Numbered from the stretch's first letter, positions 8,511 through 19,466 are shown. The stretch is 64,000 nucleotides of DNA from Candidatus Borrarchaeum weybense (GCA_019057385.1 JAHQJS010000004.1:916727-980726), one strand, 5' to 3'. Program-made: numbers and translations. The notes: a model not told the origin generated them from the sequence alone.

Positions 8511-9788
8511 TTGATGGATAAGAAAAGAACAGCGGTGATTGGCATTGACGGAGCCCCTTATAGACTGATGAATGATTTATCCGATAAAGACGTAATGCCA
8601 AACTTCAAAGAGTTGCAGAAAAACGGTAGTTTCTTTAAAATGCAAAGTTCTATTCCAGAACTTTCATCAGTATCTTGGAGTTCTATCATTACTGGAAATA
8701 ATCCTGGAATACATGGGATTTTCGGATTCACTGATTTCATAGAAGGAACATATTCTTTGTGTTTTCCAAATTTTCTGAACCTAAAATCCAAAGCTTTTTG
8801 GCAAAGAGATTCTAGAAAATACATAATTATTAATGTTCCAAGTACATATCCTGCACAGGAAATAAATGGTTTTTTAGTTTCTGGATTTGTTGCATTAGAT
8901 TTAGATAAGGCTGTTTATCCGTCAAGATTTGTTAGCACTTTGAAGAAATTAGGATATAGAATAGATGTTGATGCACAAAAGGGACATGAATCTAAGCCAT
9001 TGTTTCTTAAGGATTTGTTTGAAACACATAAAAACCGTATAAAGACATATCGTTATTTTTGGGATAAAGCAGGAATTGATTGGGATGTATTCATGTTTGT
9101 ATTCACAGGAAGTGATCGACTTGGTCATTTCCTTTGGGATGCGTATGAAGATCCAAATCATGAATATCACTCAGAATTCTTGAGGTATTTTGAACTCATT
9201 GATGAGGAAATTGGTTACATAAAAAGCAAATTGAGAGAAGATGACGCTCTAATCATGCTGTCTGATCATGGGATGGAATCTGTTAAAACAAATGTAAATA
9301 TCAACAGATATCTTACCGAAGAGGGATTTTGCTCATTAGACAAAGATCCGAAAAAAAATTATAACAATGTTAGAGAAGGTACAAAGGCATTTGCTTTGGA
9401 TCCTGCAAGAATCTATTTACACAAAAAAGGTAGATTTCCTAGGGGTCATATTAAGACGAATGAGGAAGTTAAGTTAAAAGAGGAACTGATTGATTCGTTT
9501 TCAAGGCTGAAAATGAATGGGATGCCTGTTATAAAAAAAATATTTGACAAAGAAGAGATTTATCATGGTTCCTATGTAGAAAAAGCCCCTGATCTCATTT
9601 TATTGCCGAATTCTGGCTTTAATCTTAAGGGTAGTGTGTTCAAGAAAGAGATATTTGACAAGGATATTTTCACTGGAAAACACACCCAAGAAGATGCATT
9701 TCTTTATGTTAGAGGCGAAGCAGATCTACCAGATAGTCTAAATGTAGAACATGTTATGAACCTGATTATAGGACGTGATTCAAATTAA
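8511..9788 (+). CDS. Alkaline phosphatase superfamily / type I phosphodiesterase-nucleotide pyrophosphatase
   Basis: IGIDGA, SSVSWSSIITGNNPGIHGIFGF, DRLGH, SDHG, GKH motifs. Confidence 0.88.
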   Translation: MMDKKRTAVIGIDGAPYRLMNDLSDKDVMPNFKELQKNGSFFKMQSSIPELSSVSWSSIITGNNPGIHGIFGFTDFIEGTYSLCFPNFLNLKSKAFWQRDSRKYIIINVPSTYPAQEINGFLVSGFVALDLDKAVYPSRFVSTLKKLGYRIDVDAQKGHESKPLFLKDLFETHKNRIKTYRYFWDKAGIDWDVFMFVFTGSDRLGHFLWDAYEDPNHEYHSEFLRYFELIDEEIGYIKSKLREDDALIMLSDHGMESVKTNVNINRYLTEEGFCSLDKDPKKNYNNVREGTKAFALDPARIYLHKKGRFPRGHIKTNEEVKLKEELIDSFSRLKMNGMPVIKKIFDKEEIYHGSYVEKAPDLILLPNSGFNLKGSVFKKEIFDKDIFTGKHTQEDAFLYVRGEADLPDSLNVEHVMNLIIGRDSN

Positions 9789-11352
9789 AGCATATAATGT
9801 AAATAAAACATGCTGGAATTGCCCTGCGGCAATATTCAAAGGTAATGTTGATTTTAGAGCATGTGGACAATCTATGGAGAAAGTAAAGGAATTAAAAGAT
9901 CCCGAATATGTTATCATGATTGAATGTGCTCGGAGACCTGAATTGGGACATTTTGAACCCACCATAAGTTTTGAACAATGCACAGAATGGGAATATCGGG
10001 AAGAAATAAATTGTTATCTTTTGAAAGATATGCGTGTTATGATTTTAGGAATCGATGGATATTTAGGATGGACATTAGCACTAAGACTAGGAAGATTAGG
10101 ATGCAAAATTAGTGGGATCGATAATTATTTCCGCAGAGATTGTGTAAAAGAAAAAGGTGCGCTTTCGATTGTTCCTATTGCATCAATAGATGAACGTCTC
10201 CAGACTGCCCAAGAAGTACTTGGGATTGACATCACGTTTCGGGAGATTGATATCTTAGATCGTCAAAAACTGGGTGAATTCCTAAAAGAAATGAAACCAG
10301 AAGCGATCGTTCACTACGCAGAATGTCCAAGTGCACCATATAGTATGGTAGATTGTGATCATGCTATTAAGGTTCAATATAATAATGTTATTGGTACGCT
10401 TGGTCTGCTTTTTTTGATGAAGGAGATGGTTCCGGAAACGTCTTTAATCAAACTTGGTACCCTTGGCGAATTTGGTTCACCTTTGACTGGAAGACCGCTC
10501 TTTGAAGGTATCTTCCCTGCAGATGCCGTATTGAATTATGGAGGTAGAGAATGGAGCCTTGGTGGTGAATTGACTCCTCGCGATCCCGTAAGCTTTTATC
10601 ATGTATCTAAAGTCCAAGATACCTTCAATGTTTATGAAGCATGTAAATATTGGTGGCTTCGATCCTATGATGTTATGCAAGGTGTTATATATGGGGTTCA
10701 CACTGATGAAATAGCAGCAGATCAACGACTTCGAACTCGCTTAGACGCTGATGAATGGTTCGGGACAGTGGTGAATCGTTTCGTCATTCAAGGTATACTG
10801 GGACTTCCGTTAACCGTATATGGACAGGGTGAACAAATTCGAGGGTTTATTGCTCTTGATGATGCGATGCAATGTATGGTGCGCTTAATTGCATCACCAC
10901 CAGAACCCGGGCAATATGACGTAGTAAATCAAGTGTCTGGGCTCTATAAAATCAAAAAATTGGCAGACACTGTTGCAAAAGTTGGAAATGAAAGATTTGG
11001 CTTAAATGTAAGGATTCAGAGAGTAGAAAATCCACGTGTAGAAGCAGATTTTCATCCCTTCGAAGTAATTTCTAAAAAACTTCCCAAGACATTTGGCTTT
11101 GCACCAAAACTGAGCCTCGAAGAAGAAATTACAAATATGTTTACTCTTTTAACTCAACCTCACATCAAAAAACGAATTGAAGAGACAGCTCACGTGTTTT
11201 GGCCAGTAACTCGGTGGGATGGCGAAAAACGAGAGTCAGAAGTGATTGAAGTCTATGCACCAGGCACAAAGCAAAATGGGGGTTTCCAACCACAACTTGA
11301 TACAGGGAAAGAACTAGTGGTAAAAGAGACTCAAAAAAGAGTCAAGCAGTAA
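9775..11352 (+). CDS. sqdB: UDP-sulfoquinovose synthase-like extended SDR (SqdB/SQD1/Agl3 family) with N-terminal Cys-rich extension
   Basis: LGIDGYLG, SAPYSM, KLGTLGEFG, SFYHVSK, QGVIYG, ENPRVEA motifs. Confidence 0.8.
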   Translation: MIQIKAYNVNKTCWNCPAAIFKGNVDFRACGQSMEKVKELKDPEYVIMIECARRPELGHFEPTISFEQCTEWEYREEINCYLLKDMRVMILGIDGYLGWTLALRLGRLGCKISGIDNYFRRDCVKEKGALSIVPIASIDERLQTAQEVLGIDITFREIDILDRQKLGEFLKEMKPEAIVHYAECPSAPYSMVDCDHAIKVQYNNVIGTLGLLFLMKEMVPETSLIKLGTLGEFGSPLTGRPLFEGIFPADAVLNYGGREWSLGGELTPRDPVSFYHVSKVQDTFNVYEACKYWWLRSYDVMQGVIYGVHTDEIAADQRLRTRLDADEWFGTVVNRFVIQGILGLPLTVYGQGEQIRGFIALDDAMQCMVRLIASPPEPGQYDVVNQVSGLYKIKKLADTVAKVGNERFGLNVRIQRVENPRVEADFHPFEVISKKLPKTFGFAPKLSLEEEITNMFTLLTQPHIKKRIEETAHVFWPVTRWDGEKRESEVIEVYAPGTKQNGGFQPQLDTGKELVVKETQKRVKQ

Positions 11353-11383
11353 ACTGCGAGTCTAACGGTGGTGCAGAGGATAT

Positions 11384-11695
11384 ATGGAATTTACTGCGAA
11401 GGATTTTGAAAAAGAAGTTCTTAAGTCTGATATTCCCGTTTTAGTGGATTTTTGGGCTAGTTGGTGTCCTCCCTGCAAAGTAGTCGAGCCAATCATAGAA
11501 GAATTAGCTCAGGAATATCTGGGTAAAGCAAAAATCGGCAAACTCAATGTGGACAGAAATCCTGGCCTAGGTGCAAAATATGAGATTACAGGGGTTCCTA
11601 CGTTTATAATTTTTAAAGATGGTAAGATAAAAGATCGAGCTATAGCTGCAAAGTCCAAAGCTGAATTGAAAAAGATGATTGAAAAGTTTTTATAA
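11384..11695 (+). CDS. trxA: Thioredoxin
   Basis: VLVDFWASWCPPCK, GVPT. Confidence 0.95.
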   Translation: MEFTAKDFEKEVLKSDIPVLVDFWASWCPPCKVVEPIIEELAQEYLGKAKIGKLNVDRNPGLGAKYEITGVPTFIIFKDGKIKDRAIAAKSKAELKKMIEKFL

Positions 11696-11828
11696 AACTC
11701 AAGTTAGACTCCTTTTGAAGTTTAGCGACGAATACACACTAAGTTGCAAAAATAAAAAAGTGAAAACTTTCTCACCATTCTAAGAAATAACAGCTTCAAC
11801 ATTTTTCAGATCGGGCAAGGCGAGTTAT

Positions 11829-13802
11829 TTGAATATGTTTAAATTATCTACAGATCTTGAACCAAAAGGAGATCAGCCAAAAGTTATTCAACAACTTGTA
11901 GATGGTATACAAAAAAGAGAACTAAAACATCAGACATTACTAGGAGTAACTGGTTCCGGAAAAACATTCGCTATGGCTCAGATTATCGAAAAGACGCAAA
12001 AACCAACGCTCGTTATCAGCCACAATAAGACATTAGCTGCACAGTTGTATTCTGAATTCAAGGCATTTTTTCCAGAAAATGCAGTGGAATATTTTGTTAG
12101 TTATTATGATTATTATCAGCCAGAAGCCTATATGCCTCAAACTGACACTTATGTAGCAAAAGATGCGTCAATAAACGAACGCATAGAAAAGATGCGCTTA
12201 TCTGCAACGAGTTCTTTACTCGAACGGCAAGATGTCGTAGTCGTAGCCAGCGTCTCATGTATTTATTCTATTGGTGATCCTCAAGACACTACAGGTCTTA
12301 CGCTCTATCTCAAAGCAGGTGAAAAAAGGGATCGTGACAGCGTTTTGAAATCTTTTGTTGACATCCAATATGAACGAAATGATTTGGACTTTGCGAGAGG
12401 CAGATTCAGGGTAAGAGGGGATGTTGTCGAGGTTTTTCCAGCCTATGACGATTCGGCGTTAAGACTCGAATGGTTCGGGGACGAGATTGAGAACATTTCA
12501 GAGATTGACCCGTTGACAGGAAAAACTAAAATGAAAAAACCAGTAGCTGTGATTTACCCGGCAAAACACTTCGTCTTCACTCAATCCCGGATCGATCAGA
12601 CTATTGAATTAATAGAGACAGAACTTGAGGAACGCCTCGCTGAATTGAAAAAAGAAGAAAACCTGTTGTATGCACAAAGGCTTGAACAAAGAACACGTTA
12701 TGATTTGGAAATGATAAAAGAGGTAGGATATTGCTCAGGAATTGAGAACTACTCCCGGTATTTTGACAATCGACAACCTGGTCAAAAACCATATGTATTG
12801 TTGGATTATTTCCCACAAGATTTTCTCATGTTTATAGACGAATCACATGTAACTATACCTCAAGTAAGAGGCATGTATGGCGGAGATTTGTCGAGAAAGA
12901 AAAATCTTGTCAAGTATGGATTCAGATTACCAAGTAGTTTTGACAACAGACCTTTAAGATTTGAAGAATTCGAGCAACATATGGATCGAAGTAGGGTGAT
13001 TTTCGTATCTGCTACACCGGCTACTTATGAACTAAATAATAGTGAACAAATCGCAGAAATGATAGTCCGGCCTACTGGATTGATTGACCCAGAGGTAATT
13101 GTAAAGTCAACCGAAAATCAGATAGATGATCTAATTTCTCTGATAAGACTACAGGCGGAACACAGAGAACGTACATTGGTAACAACATTAACAAAGCGAA
13201 TGGCTGAAGATCTAACTGATTATCTATTGAACGTCGGGCTCAGGGTACGATATCTTCACAGTGACATTGAAACGCTAGAACGCGTGGAAATTTTGAGAGA
13301 TCTGCGTCTAGGGAAGTTTGATACACTTATTGGCATCAACTTACTGCGAGAAGGGTTAGATCTTCCCGAAGTCTCCCTCGTCGCCATTCTCGATGCTGAT
13401 AAAGAGGGTTTCTTACGTTCTGAAACAAGTCTAATTCAAACAATTGGGCGAGCCTCCAGAAACGTGAGTGGGCGCGTTATTCTTTATGCAGACGAGATTA
13501 CTGAATCAATGAGAAGAGCACTCGATGAAACCGAAAGAAGACGCCTTCTACAGCTAAAATATAATGAAGAACATGGAATTACACCCGTAACGATCTCTAA
13601 AGGAATTAGAGCTCCAATATCCGAAACGACTAAAACAGAGATTGAATTAGATTCTATATTGTCTGAATCTCCTGAAGATCTCAAATTTCAACTCTCACAA
13701 CTCGAAACTGAAATGAAAAACGCTGCAGATAACCTCGAATTTGAGAAGGCTGCAGTTATCCGTGACAAAATATTTGAATTGAGAAAGCTTTTAATTCCGT
13801 GA
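11829..13802 (+). CDS. uvrB: Excinuclease ABC subunit UvrB
   Basis: [40 protein letters not shown]-terminal UVR LEFEKAA. Confidence 0.98.
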   Translation: MNMFKLSTDLEPKGDQPKVIQQLVDGIQKRELKHQTLLGVTGSGKTFAMAQIIEKTQKPTLVISHNKTLAAQLYSEFKAFFPENAVEYFVSYYDYYQPEAYMPQTDTYVAKDASINERIEKMRLSATSSLLERQDVVVVASVSCIYSIGDPQDTTGLTLYLKAGEKRDRDSVLKSFVDIQYERNDLDFARGRFRVRGDVVEVFPAYDDSALRLEWFGDEIENISEIDPLTGKTKMKKPVAVIYPAKHFVFTQSRIDQTIELIETELEERLAELKKEENLLYAQRLEQRTRYDLEMIKEVGYCSGIENYSRYFDNRQPGQKPYVLLDYFPQDFLMFIDESHVTIPQVRGMYGGDLSRKKNLVKYGFRLPSSFDNRPLRFEEFEQHMDRSRVIFVSATPATYELNNSEQIAEMIVRPTGLIDPEVIVKSTENQIDDLISLIRLQAEHRERTLVTTLTKRMAEDLTDYLLNVGLRVRYLHSDIETLERVEILRDLRLGKFDTLIGINLLREGLDLPEVSLVAILDADKEGFLRSETSLIQTIGRASRNVSGRVILYADEITESMRRALDETERRRLLQLKYNEEHGITPVTISKGIRAPISETTKTEIELDSILSESPEDLKFQLSQLETEMKNAADNLEFEKAAVIRDKIFELRKLLIP

Positions 13803-13803
13803 T

Positions 13804-14538
13804 CTAACTCTCAACCTCTATTATCTGGAATATATCTTCTGGGAGCTCTAATCTTTCAATTTCCCCCCATCGATTAACCATCTCAATGCCTAATTTTCTT
13901 GATGTTTCGAGAGCTTCGATCTTATTAACTCGGTAAAAACCAGTTTTGACGTGATCAAAGAATGTCTGATATATCTTTTTCAAATCACTTTTCTTGATCT
14001 CTTGAAGGTCTTCATCTTGAAAAGTAGTAGCAATTAGACTATTTGTCTTATCCAAAAACACAAATTTCTCATATATTGGATCCACATTTCTTAAGTTATG
14101 CAAAATCTTGCTCAAGATAGGATTAACTCTTTTGCTCGCTAAAAACGTAATTAATGTTGAATTCACTCTTTTATTTGCTGGAATATTTCTCGTCTTAAAA
14201 TGGAAGATATATTCGTTAATGAGCTGCTCGTAGAATAGTTTAATGTCCTTTTTCAACTTTAGCTCTTCCACAAAACCCGACTTTTTCCCCTTTGTTTTAA
14301 ATTCTATTGAAATGCCATCCGTAAAAATTACTTTTGAGCCTTCCGTTCCTCTATGGGCAAGATCCTCATCAAAATAAGAAAGTACTGCGTGAATTTCTTT
14401 ATTATCAGCACTCCTATGAAGGAATATTCCGGAATATAGATCGCTACTCTTGCGTAGAAGTTGTTCTTTCCTAAAGCAATATGTAATGTTTTTCTTACAT
14501 ACCTCACAATAATCAATGAATGCATGTTCCTTAGACAT
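13804..14538 (-). CDS. Uncharacterised GTPase-partner protein, copy B (N-terminal CxxC...H...H domain)
   Basis: Paralog of 15372-16052; start overlaps GTPase stop; YCEVC, LYSGIFLH, EIHA..YFD..LA.RG.EG. Confidence 0.75.
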   Translation of the reverse strand: MSKEHAFIDYCEVCKKNITYCFRKEQLLRKSSDLYSGIFLHRSADNKEIHAVLSYFDEDLAHRGTEGSKVIFTDGISIEFKTKGKKSGFVEELKLKKDIKLFYEQLINEYIFHFKTRNIPANKRVNSTLITFLASKRVNPILSKILHNLRNVDPIYEKFVFLDKTNSLIATTFQDEDLQEIKKSDLKKIYQTFFDHVKTGFYRVNKIEALETSRKLGIEMVNRWGEIERLELPEDIFQIIEVES

Positions 14539-15100
14539 TTAGTTGTATCACCCTAGCGTAAAGTAAATCAGAAAGAGCAGCAAAAACGTTCTCTATATTT
14601 TCACCAGTTAGCGAACTTGTTTTAAAAAAAATCTCTGCTGACAATTCATTTTTTTTCAAAAATTCTTTGATTTTTGCATCAGTTACCGCCTCTTTGCCAG
14701 CTTTCCCAAGTTTATCCGCCTTTGTGCCAATCACTAAAACTATTGGATTCCCAGCGGTGTTCTTATAGACTAAATCAAACCAATCACTTAAATTGAGCAA
14801 ACTAGATGATCGTGTAAGATCAAAGGCAAATATGACCGCATGAGCCCCTTGGCAATAACTAGGTAAGATGAACCGAAACCTTTTTTCCCCACCAAAATCC
14901 CATACCTGAAGTTTAATGATGATATCTGCATCTACATCTACTTTATTATGGAAAGAATAAAATCCTGCGCCGATCGTGATTTTTGTATCTTTGGCAAACT
15001 TGTTTGTTGCATATCTATTTATGAAAGTCGTTTTCCCGACACCACCTTCCCCTACAACGATCACCTTGAAGATATAACTTGATTTTGGCGGTTCCATCAC
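14531..15100 (-). CDS. Rab/Ras-like small GTPase, copy B
   Basis: G1 GEGGVGKT, G2 TIG, G3 WDFGGE, G4 TKAD, G5 TSS.TG. Confidence 0.93.
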   Translation of the reverse strand: MMEPPKSSYIFKVIVVGEGGVGKTTFINRYATNKFAKDTKITIGAGFYSFHNKVDVDADIIIKLQVWDFGGEKRFRFILPSYCQGAHAVIFAFDLTRSSSLLNLSDWFDLVYKNTAGNPIVLVIGTKADKLGKAGKEAVTDAKIKEFLKKNELSAEIFFKTSSLTGENIENVFAALSDLLYARVIQLNV

Positions 15101-15371
15101 AAATCGACCATTTTAATACTTAGTAAAATCACTTCACTTTGATACTAGAATATTTGGATAATTTCAAATCTCGTTTTCAACCTTTTTATTAATTCTGGGA
15201 ATTTTTTCAGCAAGTTTGAGAGCATCTTCGAAACTCTCCACTAGCTATTAAAATGATAGAATTAGAGACGTTTTTATTCATGGAAAGCATTTAAGGGCAT
15301 TAATTAAAAAACAAGAATAACAAAAAATAGGATCTCTGGAAGTGTTAGGTGCAAAACCTACAATACTGCAA

Positions 15372-16052
15372 CTAATGAGTAGCTAAGATCTGCAGGACGT
15401 CTTCAGAGAGTCCTAATTTTACAATTTCTCTCCATTGTGTAATGACTTTGAGCCCAGTTTTCCTTGATGCATCAAGAGCATCATTCTCGTTTTCATCCTT
15501 AAAATATTCAATAATCTGCTCAAAGACAGTCTGAAAAGCTTCTTTGAGTTCGTCATAAGTGATTTGACTGATGTCCCTTTTTTGCAAATCGAACGTAATC
15601 TTGTCAGAAACTGTCATAAACGGTTCGTATAATTCAGATTGAGTTTTTAAATCGGCTAAAATTTTATTTAGTGTAGGTTCCACTTTTCTTTTTACTAATA
15701 ACCTCTTATTTTTAAAACTGGAAATATATTCATTAATTAACCATTCGTAAAAGAGTTTGCTTTCTAGTTTATTTACTTCTTCATCTAGATGTTTCTTTTC
15801 GTTCTTTTTCAGATGTTCTAGTGAAACACCATTCGTTAGAATTACTTTTGCCCCCTCTCCTCCTCTATTAGCAAGATTAGTATCGAAGTAAGCAAGCATT
15901 GCATGAATTTCATTATTACTTTTACTTTTGTGAAGAAATACTCCCGAGTATAGACCGCCACCTTTTTGTTCTAGCATTTCCTTTGTAAAATGATGTGTAA
16001 CTGAAGTACCACATTTCTCACAGTACTCAATAAAAGTATAATCGTCAGCCAT
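15372..16052 (-). CDS. Uncharacterised GTPase-partner protein, copy A (N-terminal CxxC...H...H domain)
   Basis: TAATG overlap with GTPase at 16052; YCEKC, LYSGVFLH, EIHA..YFD..LA.RG.EG. Confidence 0.75.
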   Translation of the reverse strand: MADDYTFIEYCEKCGTSVTHHFTKEMLEQKGGGLYSGVFLHKSKSNNEIHAMLAYFDTNLANRGGEGAKVILTNGVSLEHLKKNEKKHLDEEVNKLESKLFYEWLINEYISSFKNKRLLVKRKVEPTLNKILADLKTQSELYEPFMTVSDKITFDLQKRDISQITYDELKEAFQTVFEQIIEYFKDENENDALDASRKTGLKVITQWREIVKLGLSEDVLQILATH

Positions 16053-16612
16053 TATTGTTTCACCTTGTTGTAGAGTAAATTAGACATTTCGGCAAATACG
16101 TCTTTGACATTTTGCCCTGTTTTCGAACTTGTCTTAAAAAACAAATTTGGTGAAACTTCGTATGTTTTCATGAATTCGACAATTTGTTCATCTTTGATTG
16201 CTTCAAAACCGTTGTCTTCGATTTGATCAGCTTTTGTACCAATGAGGATAAATATCGGGCTATTCTCAGTATTCTCAGTAATTAAATCAAACCATTCACT
16301 CAGATTCCATAAAGTAGTTGCTCTAGTAAGATCAAAAGCAAATATGACCCCGTGAGCCCCGTTGCAATAACTAGGCAGAATAAAGCGGAAACGCTTCTCG
16401 CCACCGAAATCCCACACCTGAAGCTTTACGGAAGTATCTCCATTTACATTATTTTCAAAGGAATGAAAAGAGGCACCAATTGTAATTTTCGTATCTTCAG
16501 AAAAACTGTTTGTAGCATATCGGTTAATGAACGTCGTTTTCCCGACGCCACCTTCTCCAACAACGATGCATTTGAATAAATAGCTATAGCTCATCTGATT
16601 CTTAGCCACCAA
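16052..16612 (-). CDS. Rab/Ras-like small GTPase, copy A
   Basis: YLFKCIVVGEGGVGKT, TIG, LQVWDFGGEKRFR, GTKAD, TSSKTG. Confidence 0.93.
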   Translation of the reverse strand: MVAKNQMSYSYLFKCIVVGEGGVGKTTFINRYATNSFSEDTKITIGASFHSFENNVNGDTSVKLQVWDFGGEKRFRFILPSYCNGAHGVIFAFDLTRATTLWNLSEWFDLITENTENSPIFILIGTKADQIEDNGFEAIKDEQIVEFMKTYEVSPNLFFKTSSKTGQNVKDVFAEMSNLLYNKVKQ

Positions 16613-16868
16613 TTTAAATCACCCCATTATGCGCAGTAAACTCGATCGTATAATTTAAAAAACAATACTTTCTGTTCCTTTTAAACCTTCAGGTAAAGTT
16701 CTCCGCAAAATGCTTTATCGTTTTTGTCGAGAAGGAGAGTTCAGTATTCAATAAATTCTCCGCAATGGTTGCTTCTAAAAGGCATTTCGAAGTTGTTCAT
16801 GTCCCAATTTGAAAAGAAGTAATTTTTAACTAAATTACTGAGTAATCTTGAGTTGATTCATAAAACTA

Positions 16869-17807
16869 CTAGTTTAGAATTATTTGATCTGCTTCTTGTA
16901 AAAATTCGTTGGCCTTTTCTTCATCGCCTTGTGCCATATACAGGTCACCAAGTTTTTTTAACGTTTCTTTTTTTCCAGCAGAATCTTTTTTTTCGTCACT
17001 TAAACTAAGAGATTCATTATAATGTTTCAGCGCTTGCTCCCAGTTTTCTTTCTTATGATAAACAAGTCCTATGTATCGAAGCCTAGAAGCTTTTCCTCTC
17101 ATATCATTGAAATTTTCATCCATTTCAAGCGCTTGTTGATAATATTCAAGTGCTTCATCGTATCTTTCATTCTTATAATGAACAACAGCTAAATTATTAA
17201 TCATATTTCTCGCGTCACGTCTACGTCCCATGATATTAAGAAGTTCAACTGATTTTTCAAAAAATTTAATTGTTCTTGGGTCATCTTTTGCTAAATGCTC
17301 ATAACATACACTAGTTAATTTATCTAGAAGTTTTGCAGTATCATCAAAGGGTGCACTTGCCCGTACCATCAAATAGTAAAGCTCTTCAAATGTATTCACA
17401 GCGTCATTATATTTTTTTTGATCACAATAGATATCGCCGATCATTTTCATAATTAAAACTCTAATGCGCATATCTCCTGTCTTTCCTTTCTCATTATCTA
17501 ACTTTAGTGCTTCATTCAAATATTCCAGTGCGCGATCCGTCTCTTTGAGTTCCTGATGAACATTTCCTAAATGTAGCAATGCAACTATTTTTCCCTCTCT
17601 AGTATCTGCATATTTGCTCTCTTCGAAGTCATCTGAAGTCAAAATGCCCTGAATTATTTCATATGCGTTTTGAAAGTGATTTAACGCTTCTTCCAAATCT
17701 TGAGATTTCTGCGCTTTGATACCTTTCTTTAAAAGTTTCTTACTCTCATGTAACTGTTTATCTATTCTTTTTACTATTTTTCTGTCTGGTTTCTTGTCCT
17801 TAGTCAT
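16869..17807 (-). CDS. Tetratricopeptide repeat protein
   Basis: Repeated LG..Y....Y..AL.YY..AL TPR units. Confidence 0.9.
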   Translation of the reverse strand: MTKDKKPDRKIVKRIDKQLHESKKLLKKGIKAQKSQDLEEALNHFQNAYEIIQGILTSDDFEESKYADTREGKIVALLHLGNVHQELKETDRALEYLNEALKLDNEKGKTGDMRIRVLIMKMIGDIYCDQKKYNDAVNTFEELYYLMVRASAPFDDTAKLLDKLTSVCYEHLAKDDPRTIKFFEKSVELLNIMGRRRDARNMINNLAVVHYKNERYDEALEYYQQALEMDENFNDMRGKASRLRYIGLVYHKKENWEQALKHYNESLSLSDEKKDSAGKKETLKKLGDLYMAQGDEEKANEFLQEADQIILN

Positions 17808-17829
17808 GCTTTCAAGAACTCCTATTGTT

Positions 17830-18612
17830 TTAGTCTTCTATTGATACTTCCAGAATCCCAATGCCATCAATTTGAGCAACAAGCCTATCTCCGCTTTTTA
17901 CAGTATCAATTCCAGCAGGTGTTCCAGTGGCAATTATGTCTCCTGGGTAAAGCGTCACGATTTTTGTAATGAAGGAAATTAGTTTGGGTATTTTAAAAAT
18001 CATTGAAGCTGTATTGTCACTCTGCTTTAATTCGCCATTGTGCCATAGTTTGATATCAAGTGCGTGAGGATCAGGTATTTCATCAGTAGTAACGATATAT
18101 GGGCCAAGTGGACCAAACGTATCGAATCCCTTCACCTTAAATAATGCCCTATCTGTTTCTGTGAAATCTCGGGCAGACATATCAAGAATAATAGTATAGC
18201 CAAAAACCTTTGAAAACACTTCGCTTTCATCGACATTTTTTGCCTTTTCCCCGATCACAACAGCTAATTCTGTCTCGTAATCAACCCTATTGACCTCTTT
18301 TGGAATTTTGACTGCTTGGTTTGGTCCAATAATTGTAGAAGGAGGTTTTAACCAGCAAAAAGGTTCAGAAGGCGTTTGTTTCCCCAATTCGGCTATGTGA
18401 GAAGGGTAGTTTAATCCGATTCCTATAATTTTCGAAGGGTTTCTTATTGGTGCATCAAATTTTGCTTCGCTTAGTGAAATAATGTCACCCGAAAAAGATA
18501 ACCGATCAGGAGGATTTTGAATGAACTCTTCGACTAATTGGAAACCTTTCAAAAACCTGATTTGATATCCTTCAATAATGCCGACTTTCCCTTCAACACA
18601 ACAAATCTTCAT
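17830..18612 (-). CDS. Fumarylacetoacetate hydrolase family protein
   Basis: KIIGIGLNY..H, DYETEL, KGFDTFGPLGP, GDIIATGTPAG. Confidence 0.93.
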   Translation of the reverse strand: MKICCVEGKVGIIEGYQIRFLKGFQLVEEFIQNPPDRLSFSGDIISLSEAKFDAPIRNPSKIIGIGLNYPSHIAELGKQTPSEPFCWLKPPSTIIGPNQAVKIPKEVNRVDYETELAVVIGEKAKNVDESEVFSKVFGYTIILDMSARDFTETDRALFKVKGFDTFGPLGPYIVTTDEIPDPHALDIKLWHNGELKQSDNTASMIFKIPKLISFITKIVTLYPGDIIATGTPAGIDTVKSGDRLVAQIDGIGILEVSIED

Positions 18613-18671
18613 GTTTTCACGACCTTTTACGTAAAATAGAAACTCGTAATTATATGTTAGTGTGATTTATA

Positions 18672-19364
18672 TTATTTTCCAATTGCTTTTCTTAGAGCAG
18701 CTCTTGCAAGTAGTCTTGTGGAGTCTAATGTTGGAAGAGGTGATGTTTCTGGGATTACTATCAATGGGATTTCAGTGCATCCAAGTACTACTGCATCGCA
18801 GTCTTCATTTTTTAATTTGCCTATTACCTCTTCAAAATACGCACGAGATTTTTCATAGAACTTTCCGTTTACAAGTTCGATAAAAATAATGTCATTTATT
18901 CGTTCCCTATCCACTTTTTCAGGAATCTTGAAGTTAATTCCCATTTTAGTAAGCGTATCTGAATACACAGGTCCTTCCATGAGATAGCGGGTTCCCAAAA
19001 TTCCGAGACATTTATATTTCTGCCTTTTTACCTCTTTTGCAACTTCCTCTGCTATATGGAGCCATGGAATTGGGGATTTTTCAATAACGATGTTAAAAAC
19101 CTCGTGTATTGTGTTATCAGGACATATGGCAAAGTCTGCCCCAACATCTGCTAATTTATTAACTGATGCTAACATTAAACTTGCTACATCTTCCCAATTA
19201 TCTGCTTCAATATATTTCATATATTCGCTTAAAGGATAGGTGTGCATAGTAACCTCAGGATGGGCATATCTCCCCATAAAATCTGCACCTTCTGTGCAAA
19301 TTGTCCTATAACAGAGAGCGGCCCCTTCCGCACTACATGCAACTATCCCGATGTGTTTTACCAT
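18672..19364 (-). CDS. Aspartate/glutamate racemase family protein
   Basis: CPDNTIH, LGT, VLGCTEIPL motifs. Confidence 0.9.
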   Translation of the reverse strand: MVKHIGIVACSAEGAALCYRTICTEGADFMGRYAHPEVTMHTYPLSEYMKYIEADNWEDVASLMLASVNKLADVGADFAICPDNTIHEVFNIVIEKSPIPWLHIAEEVAKEVKRQKYKCLGILGTRYLMEGPVYSDTLTKMGINFKIPEKVDRERINDIIFIELVNGKFYEKSRAYFEEVIGKLKNEDCDAVVLGCTEIPLIVIPETSPLPTLDSTRLLARAALRKAIGK

Positions 19365-19466
19365 ATTTTTTTCTCCTTTGTTAAATCATTAGCAAGAGTA
19401 TTTCAAGTGAAATCTACTTGTCTTTATAAAAAGATCCTTTAATATGCTAGAGTTAAGACGGAATTA

